Of a DNA stretch of 64,000 nucleotides, positions 35,983 to 49,100 are shown one piece after another. Every line of letters starts with the position of its first letter. Within the stretch, counting starts at the first letter, position 1. This DNA is from Eledone cirrhosa (lineage: Eukaryota), in contig OZ024746.1 of the NCBI GenBank assembly GCA_964016885.1, forward strand, positions 36,084,001 to 36,148,000, given 5' to 3'. Below the pieces are notes generated by a model. The model saw only the letters and a list, made by a program, of their open reading frames with translations. It was not told the origin of the DNA and did not search any database. Position numbers and translations under genes: made by a program.

Positions 35983-38900
35983 TTCATTCTGTATTGTTTC
36001 TGAGATATATGCCGACTGTCTTCCTGACACCTAGGGAAAATAAATTCACAGTGTGTATTGGTAAGCCAGTTAATACAGCACATTGGTTATAATTTAACAT
36101 AAAAGAAAACAAGAAAACAGTATATATATATATATACACATGTGCATATGCATATCAATTTTGCAGAGAAATGTCTCTTCACAATACGTGTGCAGTACCA
36201 ACAATTTTTTGCCTCTCGGGCAGAGAGTTTATACCAGGAATATTCGCAAATATTGTTCTGTTCCTTTCTTGCTCATTCCCAGTCCTCCCTCAATCACAGG
36301 TATCGTAACGGCCTTCAGGTGCCACATTTTCTCAATTTCAAGAAGCAGATCTTTATAATTTCTTACCTTGTCAAATTCTTTTGCCGCGATATTGTGATCA
36401 CATGGGTTGCTCATATATATATCGAAAAACAGACCTTGTTATGTTGATCTTTTATAATGATGGCAGATCTATTTGATTTTATGGTCCTGTCAGTCTGTAC
36501 AGGAAAGTCCCAGAGAATTGTTACTTTTTCTCCTTCAGTTACAGCTTCAGGGTGATGATTGTACCAATTGTCTTCAGCTTTGATTTTGTAATGCGAACAT
36601 ATTACACAGTGTAGATGTTGGCCAACACTGTCATGTCTATATTTGTATTCTACTGGTGCTAAAACTTTACATCCAGAAACTAAGTGATCCACAGTTTCAA
36701 CCCCAGCATTGCAGAATCGGCACTTTGGGTTTATTCCGTTTCTCATCACATTGGCCTGGTAATTACAAGTCAATAATCTTTGATATTGGGCAGCTAAGAT
36801 GAAGCCTTCACTCTCCGCTTTTAGCCCTGAACTACGTAGCCACTGATGAGTGTGCTTTTAGTCACCATTAGCTTGTTTGCTACGGGTCACATATTTGCCA
36901 TGCAGAGGTTCCTGCTTCCAATTTAATGCTAATTGTCCTTGCCATTTTGTTTTTGCCCGTGATTTTATGTGCCTAGCAGCATCAGTTGCAGCAGGTTCTT
37001 TAGCCTGTCCAGCTCGGGTATCAAGCATGAAATCAGTAGCCTATTTTTTGCTCTCCTTCAAGATAGAATGAAACGTCTTACTTCTCTCATGCTTTTCAAC
37101 AAATTTCAGTATACACTCGTTAGTTGTTTCAATTATTTGGCCAGTCCAATGATGGTGGTCTTGCAAGCAAGTTCAAATTGGAACAGGGCCCGGCCTCGCT
37201 GAGATCTAGGAAGGTAAAGACGATGCACATCTGCTTTTGGGTGGTGCATCCTATTACAGGTCAGTAGCTTACGGACTTTGGTGTCGATTCTTTTGATTTC
37301 ACTCATATTCCTGCACTCCGAACCTATAAGTGACAACTGGGACTGACAATGAAATTATGGCTAGTACCTTGTTACGAGCGTTTAGGTCTGATCTCAGAAC
37401 TGCACGTACTGTCCTGTAACATTCTTTCCGTATCCTCTCTTTCATACTTGCATGCTGTATGCCAGAGGCCTAATAATCACTAAGTATTTATAGATTTGTT
37501 CCTGCTCAAGTTCCTTTATGATCGTTTCAGCGTCCAATTCAACTGAGTCTGAGTTGACAAGCTTCCCCTTCTTGAAAGTGGCTTTTGCACACTTGTTAAG
37601 TCCAAACTCCTTCCTGATGTCATCGCTAAACGTTTTCACTGTCCGCAAAATGCCTTCCAGTTCGTCATTATCTTTGCAATATAGCTTCAAATCATCCATA
37701 CAAAATAGGTGGCTTATTTTGTTGTTGTCAATTCTATAACCGTAACCTGTTCTATTAAGCTCGGGTGTAAGTGCTATTAAAGCTATGCAGAAAAGCAAGG
37801 GTGAAAGTGATTCACCCTGCAATATACCACGGTTGATGTTTATATTCCCAGAGCACAGTACCCCATTGGAATGAGACAATTGGAGATTTGTGTTCCATAA
37901 TGACATATTGTGCTTCATGAATTTTGAGACCACAGGTGAGATTTTGAAGATGTCCAGTTATTTCAGAATCCATGAGTGCTCTATGTCAAAAGCTTTTTTT
38001 TATAATCGATCCATGCAGAACTGAGATTCCTGTGTTTATTAAGACAGTTCTCGAGGATCATACGATTAATCAAAAGTTGATATTTGCAACCATATTAACC
38101 TCGTCGGAGCCTTTTTGTTCAATGGGGAAATGATTGTTCTCCTCGAGAAACACATGCGTTTTCCATGAGAATAGAGGTTAATAGTTTATAAGTGGTGGAG
38201 AAGCATGTTATGGGCCGATACTTTTTTTATCTTTGGTTTCGTTGTTCTTTGGTGGAAGGTAGGTAATGCCACTTGCTATTCAATCAGGTGTATTTTTTGG
38301 ATCTTTCATAATTCCATTAAACAGCTTGACTAATATATTGTCAATGCTCGGGAGTGAGGAAAGCCAGAAATGTGGCACCCTGTCTCTACCAGGAGATTTC
38401 CTTTTATGAGATGTATTGAGTGCTGTCCTTAAGTCCGCTATAGAGATGTCTTCCCGCGCCTGTTCTTCTAGATTTGTGTAGGATTTTTCCAGGCGACTTA
38501 TCCAATCTACATTAGTATTATATGTATTCTCATCACTCCAAATCTTACTCCAGAAGTTTTCAACTTCTAATTATTTTTTTCTTCTCTACTTCTCTATAAA
38601 ATCACTTGGCATTGGATGAGAACAACTTATTTTGCCTGTAGAAGTTGTTTCGCTTCTCGAATCTACGAATTCGTTGGGCTTTTATGTTGCCTTTTTGTTT
38701 CAGAGATTCTTTTGTTGAAACTATTGCCTCTCTGGAAGACAGTCCATATTTTCTCTTGGATCTTATATCATTTCTAGGGGTTAACTCACTCAATAAAGAT
38801 ATTCTCCTTCCATTACGTCAATCTCCTTTTTGATTCTACTCCTCCAAATTGGTTTACCTCGAAGGTTCGACATTTTTGTTATTTTGGTGGTAAACAACTT

Positions 38901-39810
38901 GTTTCAATTACTCTAGCAGATGCATAAATGATATCATTTAGATCAGTAAGATCAGGTTCTAGTTCTTCTATGATTTTTTTGTTGTTTTATTTCACAGAAA
39001 TACCATTCATTATGTTTTCTATTTTGGATTGTATTTGGGTGTTTTTGAAGTTGTTCTCGACCATTTATACTAGAATGTCTTACTAATGCAAGCTCATTCA
39101 GTATTTGTTGCTTTAATTCCTTCATAGTCTCCCTGTATTCTTCAGCAGATGTTTGGTTTTCAGCGGGTTCAATAGGGCTTCTCATTTCTACAAACCTATT
39201 TGTGATTTGGTTAGATGGAAGTCTTTCAGTAAAAACTTGTGACTCTTCAGTTCTTTCATCATTTATATTTGTCATTCTCCACAGCCTGCTTGATTCAGTG
39301 TCTGTGAGTCTATTATTTCTGAAGATATACATTTGCCAACTTATTTCCATCCATATCACATCTGCTAGCTTGACTCCGAGTTTTCCAGATTTTGTAGAAG
39401 TTTAAAGTGTGTCTGTCTTGTGATGGCTTACCTAATGCATAGTAATATGCATATATCACTTATTTATACTCTTCTCGGGTCCATTTCATCATTTTTGTTT
39501 TTTTTTCTTTTTGAGGTGGTTTGGGTGGTGGATCTGAAGGTCTCGAGTTGGGGCAATCCCCGATCAAGTGACCATCCAGGTCCATAATTGGATAAGAGTT
39601 TGTGCCAGAGGAGGACTTTCCGATCTCAGGTTGGCACCTTCTTGAGGTACGCGCTTCCTGATTAACCATAGGAAAAGTGATTGGGTATTGTGTATTGATT
39701 TTTATTTGTTCATCTCGCAGTACATACATGCTTGCATTACGCATGGTATTGGACGTACATGGAAAGTTGCCCTGCTCATTGGGAAGTGCATTTGCTGGCT
39801 GGCACTGAGA
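35983..39810 (-). mobile_element. R4/Dong-clade LINE, copy 2 (different family, decayed)
   Basis: KWTREE, GILQGESLSP, FCMDDLKL, CRFC..HLVSGC..RHD, ILWDFPVQTD; 5' flank CATTATTACTATTAT at about 39811. The 3' boundary is approximate. Confidence 0.88.
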
Positions 39811-41177
39811 TCATTATTACTATTATAAGAGTATAGTTATGGTCATTGCTGTTGTTGATTGAGGTGATATTGTTATGGTTACATCTGTAAGAGGTGTACG
39901 ATCATTTTCTCAACTGTTCTTGTAGTGTGAGTGGTGGTGATGGTGGTGGTGGCAGGGAGATTAATGCTGGGGGTGGGGGTGCTGGGAGTGGCATTGGGTA
40001 TGGTGACATTGTAGTTTATAGAAGTTGCTTCTCAGGTGTTATTTTCTGTCTATTTTGAGTTTGAGGTGTAGATGGCTTGGAGGGAGGGTGCTAGTATTCT
40101 TTTTTCTTTCTCTTGGTTTTGTCTTTTATGTGGGCTCCATACACTTACATAAATATACATTCACACGTGCATACTTATACACAGGTATGTATATACACAC
40201 ATATATATATACCCACACATTAGGCACAGAGAAGGGAGGTAGATAGCAGTCAGTGACAGTAGTCTAAAAGTAGATTGGGGAATTACTGGTGTGAATGTGT
40301 GAGGAAGCGGTTGAGAATGTGGTGGTGGGAGAGAGAGGTGATCTTTCAACTGTCTAATTTCCTTTCAAAATCTGAAATTTAGCCACAATCGACCAGAATG
40401 TAAAACAAAAAAAAATTGTATTGGGGAAATATTTAAAAATATATATGCGCCTTTCACATCTTCAGCCACAGAGATGATTGCATAATAATTCGTCGGACTT
40501 TTGATTAAACAGAACTTATCCCCCGAAATAAACAGTGTTTTCCATTTCTTTTCTTCAAATAATAATATGTAAAGAGCGATTGTAATGGATAAATATTTAA
40601 AAACATTTATGCAGTTCTAACAACTAGTGTCAGATTATTTGTAGAGGTAAGCGTTGAAATAATTTGTCGAATTTTCGTGTTAGGGAATACCAAATTAAAC
40701 AGAACTTACTAAGTAAGCACGTGTGTCATCCGGTTTACGACTGTTTCTCTTCAAATAGTTTTGTTTTTAAGTTCAAAGAGCGAACGTCTGTATATATGCA
40801 TGTTTGTTTTGTGTACATTTTTCGTTGTGTTTATAATACATGTATGTGTAATATAATCAACAGAGATTGTTACTTACATATATCGTTTTTCTTTTTGTTT
40901 TGATTTGAAATCTGAGTAGTGGTGCGGCTGATATTCAATTTCTTTGTTTACCCATGTGGTCCGTTATTTTAATGAAGCAAATCATGTTATAAGGACAATC
41001 CGTGTACAAAATGTATTATTTATAGGTTTCTTTGGTACTCGTCTATTGTTTCCACTTCGTTTTCTTAGTGTGTTCATTATTGTATGTCGATAGTGTTCGG
41101 TTTATTTCAAATCTTGTGGGGAGCTTCGTTATGGGCGTCCATTATTTGGGTCTCGCCATATTATTATTATTATTATT

Positions 41178-44100
41178 ACAGCTGCATTTATCTTGCTTTA
41201 TGTTCATAGGAGTTATCACCAATTCACAACCAGTGACCTCAAGAGACAACAAGGTCCGCCATGTTCAAGAAAGAACATACATACACACATGCATATTTAG
41301 GTGTTTAGACGTGTGATGTACTTATATTGACAGAATCGTCCTTAGTATATGGGCAGTTCCCATTAGTACTATCTTCTGTATTTCTCCTATATGCGTGTTT
41401 CCTGGGATTTGCGATAAGTAATCATTGGATCCCTTAGGTATCATTCCTAGAGCGCCTACAGCCACTGGTATTGTTTTAGTTCTCAATTTCCACATTTTTC
41501 CAATTTTTATCTCCAGGTCCTTATACTTTCTCAATTTTTCAAATATTTTTATAGATACATTCTTGTCTATTGGAACGGACATATCAATTAGCAGACATAC
41601 CCTCATTTTAAAGTCCTTCAATATTATATCAGGTCTATTTGCATCTATTTTTCGGTCTGTTTGGATGCTAAAGTTCCACAAGATTGAGATGTGATCTTTT
41701 TCAAGTATGGGAGGTGGCTGATGTTCCCATCAATTCTTTTGATGGGACAGGTCAAAATGCTTACACATTATCCAATGTATGTATTGTGCAGCTCTGTCAT
41801 GCCTGTTTAGGTATTCGGTTGGAGCTATAGGACTGCACATTGAAATTATATGATCAATGGACTCTGGTTGTTTTTTACATACACGGCATAATGGGCTGCA
41901 TACATTTTTTATTATGTTGGATTGGTAATTTTTTGTTGGCAGACACTGATCTTGTGCTGAGATGATCAGTCCTTCAGTCTCCGATTTCAGTCCAGGTGAT
42001 GCCAACCACTGATGGGTTAAAGTTTTGTCAACATCAGGATTGTTAGCTCTTTCTGGGTATTTTCCATACAGTCTTTTCTTGCCTTTTCTTAGCCAGTTCC
42101 TGTAGCAGTTCTTTCTTTGCAGTTACTTTTACCTGCTTTGCTTTTTCCGTGTTTTCCATTTCAGCAGTAAATGGGACTTCTGAAATGTGTAGTCCATTAC
42201 TGTATCTGTGTGCATCTTTTGTAATGGAGTATGATCTTTTGATACTTTCGTGTTTCAAAACGAGTTTCATCATCCAATCATGTGATACCCTTAGATATGT
42301 AGATAATCCAATTGTTGCAGTTTTCCACGCAATGTCTAACTGAATTAACCTACGTCCTCCTTCTTTCCTAGGGAGATATGTTCTATATGTATCTGCCTTA
42401 GGGTGATGCATTCTGTGCATGGTTAAGAATTTTCTAATTTTTGTATCGAGCCTACGGAACTCTGTGCTTGACCAGTTGATGATATTGTAACTGTAGGTTA
42501 CTACTGGTATAGCAAGCGTGTTTATGGCATCGATCCTATTCCTTGCATTCAATTCCGTTCTTAAGATTACTCTTACTCTGCGGGAAAACATTCCTTCCTT
42601 ATCCTTTCCAACATTGTTGAGTGCTTGATTCCGTCTCATTCACAAACACCTAGATATTTCAAAGTTTCCTCTTGATCAAGTTCTCTTATCACATTCCCCC
42701 GATCAAGATTAATGTCTGAACTTTTCAGCAGCTTTCCTTTGGTGAACGTTGCTTTGGCGCATTTATCTAGTCCAAACTCCATTTTAATGTCATCACTGAA
42801 CTGCTCCACAGTGGATAATAGCCCTTGCAATTGTTCATCATTTTTTGCAAATATTTTGAGGTCATCCATGTAGAACAGATGATTAATGGTTTTGTCATAG
42901 ACTTTATATCCATATTTTGTTTCATTGAGCAGTTTACTTAATGGTATAAGTGCGATGCAGAATAAAAGCGGTGATAAAGAGTCATCCTGAACAATTCTAC
43001 AATTAATATTACCTTCTCCAGCTTCCAGTGATTTTTTTTTCACTATTCAAAAGGAGTGTCGTTTTCCATGTCTTCATACTGTATGACAAAAACCTCCTGA
43101 CAACGGGAGATATTTTGAAAATCTCTAAACCTTTTTCAATCCAACTGTGTGGCAAACTATCGAATGCTTTTTTATAATCTATCCAAGCAGTTGATAGATT
43201 TGTGTGTCTATTATGACAATCTTCCAGTATCATTTTGTTAACCAAAAGCTGATCCTTACAGCCATATGAGCCTCGTTTACACCCTTTCTGCTCAATGGGA
43301 AATAGGTCATTTGTTATCAGGTGGTCATATGTTTACTCAGTTAGGACTGATGTTAACATTTTATACATTGTGGTTAAGCAAGTTATCGGTCTGTAATGTT
43401 TGGGATTGTTTGTCTCATCATTCTTCGGAAACAAGAAATGTAATGCCGTTAACTAGCCATGATGGTATCTTTTCTGGCTCCTTAACTATTTCATTGTAAA
43501 GTTGGGCTAACAGCTCATGAGACTCTGTGAAGGCATGTATGAAAACATTTTGTATTTTGTCTTTTCCTGGGGATTTCCATTTGCTGGTTTTTCTTAGAGC
43601 CAAACGCAACTGTTCAACTGTTATATTTTCCCATATTTGTTCCTCAAGGTGAGCTGTATCTTTCATTTGTCTGTCTATCCATGGGGCATGTATATTATGA
43701 ACTTTTTCTTCGAACCAGATCTTTTTCCAGAATTCTTGCACTTCCTCCTTGGGTGGTATTGATTTAGCAGTTATTGTTGACTTACCAATCTTTCTGTAGA
43801 AGTTTCTTTGGTTGTTTTTGAACATATTATTGTCCTTATAGAATCTAGATCGTTTTTCAAAGCGCCTTATACGAGCAGCTTTGGCCGAAACTTTTTGCTT
43901 GATTATTTCTATCAGCATGTCTATGTCGCTTGATAATTTTATACTGTACTTTCTTTTCAATTTTCTAAGTTTAGTTTGTTTAACATGTTCACCTACTTTA
44001 TAGTTTGTTAAAATTTCTGTCAGATCGAAGAAGGTTTATTTGGCGACTGATGTTCTCTTGCCAAGTAGAGTTCTTGTGGGAATTCCTTTGATTTTTCATC

Positions 44101-45140
44101 TTCACTCCACATAAGTGAGTGGTGACTTTAGCCGATGCATAATAGAGATGATTTAAATCAGTAATGTTTAGTTTGTTTTTGATGATAATGTTTTTGAGAA
44201 TTATGTTAGTCTTGTGTATTATCGTTTGGTTGTTTGGAGTTCTGGATCTTAGGGAGGGTGTCTCCTTCCCCCATGTCAGATTCTTTCATTTTCATCCATT
44301 CGATCATAATTTCATCCTTGAAGTTGGCAAGTTCATTCTCATTCATTTCTTTATCGTTTACGATCTCATTGTTTTCATATTGTTTCATCTTGAGCATGCA
44401 CTCCCTCCACTTTTTCGATTGATTCTTTAATTTGTTCTGTTGTCAGTGATTCCGCCCCAACCCTGGGATTCGAAGTGTTACAACTTACCTCGTTTTCACT
44501 GACACATGTTTCATTTTCCCTTCGCTGACTTTGTGCTAATAGCTTGATCTGATCAATTTCTATATCACTATAGTAACTTTTTTTTTACAATATTTCTTCG
44601 TATATTGGCTAGTTTGTTACCGTCAATATAGCCTCTGTTTTCGGGTTGTTTCTTTTTCCAGTTGATATATGTTTGTTCTGTATTCGATGTATATGATGGG
44701 TAGTACATGGCAGTGTAGAAAGCCTCAAGGACTTCTTTATTATCTTCCCTTGACCATTTTTCTCTCTTTCTCTTTGGATTTCTTGGTGGTGAGCATGGAG
44801 GGCCAACAGTAGGAGTTGTGGGTTATGGGAGGTCTCCAGCTCCGAAGTGATAGGAAGGTTTGAAACCATTAGCAGATTTTTCGACCCCAGTCTGGTTCCT
44901 CTCTGAGGGACGCGGCCCTTTTTGACCCGGGTGACGGCCGATCCGGTATGAGATTTTATCATTAGACATTTACTTTATTTTGTCGCGTTTTATCCTCATC
45001 CGCCAAGGGGTAATAATTTCGTGTTACCATTTCTAGGACTAGTGTCAACCAAGACTAGAGCGGTCGTCCTAGAGACACGGCTATTCCCCTCCGGCCGCCA
45101 TCCCGGTAATTCTTGGTCACGGGGTTTTCTTTTTTGTTGT
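41178..45140 (-). mobile_element. R4/Dong-clade LINE, copy 3 (third family, near full length, decayed)
   Basis: [62 protein letters not shown]; 3' end abuts (TAA)n at 41159-41177. Confidence 0.9.
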
Positions 45141-46132
45141 ATTTTTAAATTGTTATTATCATGAGTGGTTCCTTAATGTGAGCATTGCGTGGCTTAAGTA
45201 TGAAATTATTAATAATATAATATACTTTTTGCTGAAGTTGCCTGTTATTGTTGTTGGCTATGCCAGTGGTGGTGCTGATACTTTTTCTATTGTTGGTGGG
45301 GAACGGGGGAGCCAGCAGTGCCATAGTCGTTGACGTTTGGCCGGTGGTCGGGTCACTAAATCAATCTATTTATATATTTTGCTACCCTCTTCCTCGTCTA
45401 ATGATACCGCCACCTTCCCCTTTCTTAAGTTAACAGAAGGTAATGGGGGAATAGTGGTGGTAGCAATGAAGTAGTGGTGGCGGCGGTGATGGGATAGTGG
45501 TAGCAATGATGGATGGAGTGGTGGCGGCGGTGACCATAGTGATGGCGTTGTCGTTACTGAGTTTTGTTGAATAGACTGTAGTTTTGTTTCATCTGTGTAT
45601 CTATGCGTTTGTCGCGTATGTTTAATATATGTGTTGACATATTTTTTTAATATTGGAATTAAACATTTTGTGAAAACTTAAGGCAATAATAATAGTAATT
45701 ATTATTATTATGCTGGGATTGGTGGTGCTATTGGTGTAATTGCCCTTATCTGGCTGTTGTATTTAGTGTACACATAGGGATGATGGGATAGGTGGTGTAT
45801 CTAGTTTGTGGTGTTGGTGAAATTGCTGTTATTTGGCTGTTCTATATAGTGTAGACAGAGGGGGTTTTCTTCCATTTATAACCATTTCCTTTTTTGAATA
45901 TAAAATGTATAATACAAAAGTAAATATGTGAGCGATATAAAATGATATTATGGATCCGAATTTTCTGAGACTGAGTCAGGTGCTTGATGTATCCTTTGTA
46001 CTAAGAATTGTTATTTCACAATTGATTTAAATATGTTAAAAATCAAAAATTTACGGGAGCGATTTCATGACCTTCTATCCACCACATGCGACTTCTTCCT
46101 TTAGTATTATTATTATTATTATTATTATTATT

Positions 46133-49100
46133 GGTTGGTGAAGCCTCGCTTCATATCGCCTCCAGTCTTTTTCAACGTTTTACCTCTTTTTCAACCTTTC
46201 TAAACCTTTTATTCAAGTTTTAAATTTGATAAAAGTTTAGAAGAAGTGACCCACCTAATGCAGGGGTTCACTAGTAAATAATACGGCACCCCTTCACGGG
46301 GTGTCGTATTCGCCTTGTGTAAAATATTTTTTGAAACATTTCAACATGGATGACACAAAAAAGAGAGAGAGCGCTGTCAGACAACACAGAGAGAGGGAGA
46401 CTTTATCAGCATGTCAACAAGACAGCATTCCAGCGGAGGTAAATATAAACGAAAATATTACAAACGAAAAAAAGATTGTTACAGATTTAAAATTAACAAA
46501 TATTTCTAACACAAACAACACCAACAATAACACCAACAACATCACCAACAACAACACCAAAAATAACAGCGGTAAAGTCGAGAACGACAATAACAAAAAT
46601 AACAGCGGTAAGGTCGAGAACGACAATAACAAAAATAACAGCGGTAAGGTCGAGAACGACAATAACAATGACAATAACAACAGCCACAACAACAATAATA
46701 GTAGGAACAGTATCAACAAAAACAACAATAATAACAACAGCCACAATAACAGTAACAGCAGCAACAGTGTCAACGAAAACAAAACCAACAACTGTACCAA
46801 CGAAAAGAACAACAATGACACCGATACCTGTAATAGCGACCTCAGCACCACCAGTAAGACCAGTAGCGGCAGCAATAGTGGTGCTGCTGAAAAAGGGACC
46901 ACTTCTTTTGCAGGTGTCGCCCGAAATATCGAGACAGTGTTAGTCACAGAGGAGGAGATGGCAGTCGCAAGGGCCATGGTGACAAGAAGCGCAAATAGAT
47001 TTCCCTGAAACCTCCACCCGATGTTTTCAAGGACCAGCAGCTACGAACGGTGACTTACCGCACCGTAAGCACAATCTCACATCGAGTGGAGAGAGCCAGG
47101 GAGGCTCAAATCCAAAAGGCCTTGGGGTGCGTCTGGGCATGCAAAACCCACATCACCCGAGGCAGAAAGTACGCCACAGTAGACGTACTTTTCCCCACCC
47201 CCCAGGAAGCAAAGTCTCACACTTTGGAAACCCTAAAGCGCGAGGAGTTAGTCTTGGTGCCCTCCTACTGCGGGCAGAAAATTGTGAGGGTCAAAGTGAC
47301 CCAGGTCCCACCCGACGTGCCCATACCTTGGCTGGCCGCGTCTGTCCTTGCTGGAATTGAGAACAGGGCTACCATGCTGCAAGTAGAAACAATAGGGACA
47401 GAGAACTGGTCAGGTATAGGCATGCAAATGCTTATACAAACTGACCAGGAATGTATCGAGGCTATCCCCGATGTCATAGACTTTGAGGAAGGACTCCAAC
47501 TCCCTATAAGTGTAGAAGGAAGACGGCCAAAATGTTATCTCTGTGGGTGGAAAGGTCACCTCAGGGCCTTTTCCCGCAGAAGACACCGAAGAGGGCCCCT
47601 CTCCTTCCAATACCTGGTCCGCTGCTAGCAAGAGCAGGACAAGCAACAAACGAAGAAACCCCTTCCACCGTGATTAGGAGGGGAACGTCCGTAGCACCCG
47701 TACCAAGGCCACGGATAACTAAAGCAGCATCATCAGTAGCGGCAACACCAATAGCTACATTTGAAATAGCTACACCAGCAACAACATTGCCGAAGAGGGC
47801 ACCACCAACAGCCGTGGAGCACATACCCCTCCCAGACGCCACAGAATCCGACATGGAGTTTGAGGCTGGGGTGACGTGGCAAACAGTCTGCCACAAAAAT
47901 CAAAAAAGAAAAAAACCCTTAGATTCACCCTCCAAAAGCGAAGGCATACACAGAGGGGTACCAAACAGCAACAAGAAAAAAACGGCAACAAAACCACCCC
48001 TCCCCACAAAAAGTACTCAGCCATAAACATAGCAAAAAAAGAACTCATAAAATATACAAAGCAGCACACAGACATCACGGAAAAAAATTACCACACCCCA
48101 CCAACACCAAGAACTCTCCCGTCAAGCATAAGCATCATCGAAATCTCATTAGAACAATACAAACCTTTAAAACAAAAATTCCCCAACGCAGTTGTAGACT
48201 TGAGAGAGAGGGTTACCAAGAGGATATACACTGACATCCTCTTGGAAACACCCATGACCAGCGAAAGGGACGGTTCTACTGTCCCTTCACCACACGAACA
48301 AGGTAAGTGACCCTTTCTCATTTGCCCCGTTTCTCATCCAACATGGCTGTACTCAGAATAGGAAATATAAATGCATGGGTCATCTTGGAAGCAGGGTAAC
48401 CTGCTCAATGACCTCAGGTCACTAAACATAGATGTGGTGGCCATCAGTGAAACCAGAATCTCCGAGGCACGGGCCTTCGCACCGATCTTCGGCGGCTACG
48501 ATGTATACGCATCTCCCAGCCGCCCAAGATCGGGGGAGGGGTTGCCGTCCTTTTTCGGAGAGGCTTGGATCTCGCGATACGGGCCATCTTCCTGGACCCA
48601 GAAGGTAAGTTGGTGGTGCTGGACGTGACCGGCAGCGAAGGCAATGCGTTCAGGCTAGTAACCGTCTACGCCCCAACAGGGGCAGGACGGCCAGATTCCT
48701 TCAGACGTCTAGAGACCTTTCTTGGAACGTCCCGCTCTTTAGTGTTAGTGGGTGACTGGAACGGTATCTTGGATGCACGCTGCGATCGTGTGGGGCTAGT
48801 GGATAGGGGAGGAGGGTGCAAGAGCCTCACCAACCTGCTCAGACGCTTTGAACTGTCTGACAGGTATCGACTGGATGACCCGAATATGCCAATGTGGACA
48901 TGGACAAACCGCATCGGGTCATCCAGATCGTATCTAGATAGGGTATTCTGCAGGGAACTAGATAAGGCTAGTATAAGTTGTCCACAATTTAAAATAGTCG
49001 ACTACACAGACGACAAATTTGTGATCTGTAAGATCGACATAGACATACTTCATAGACAAGGGCCTGGTTACTGGAAGCTGAACGCGTCTTTCCCGACGCG

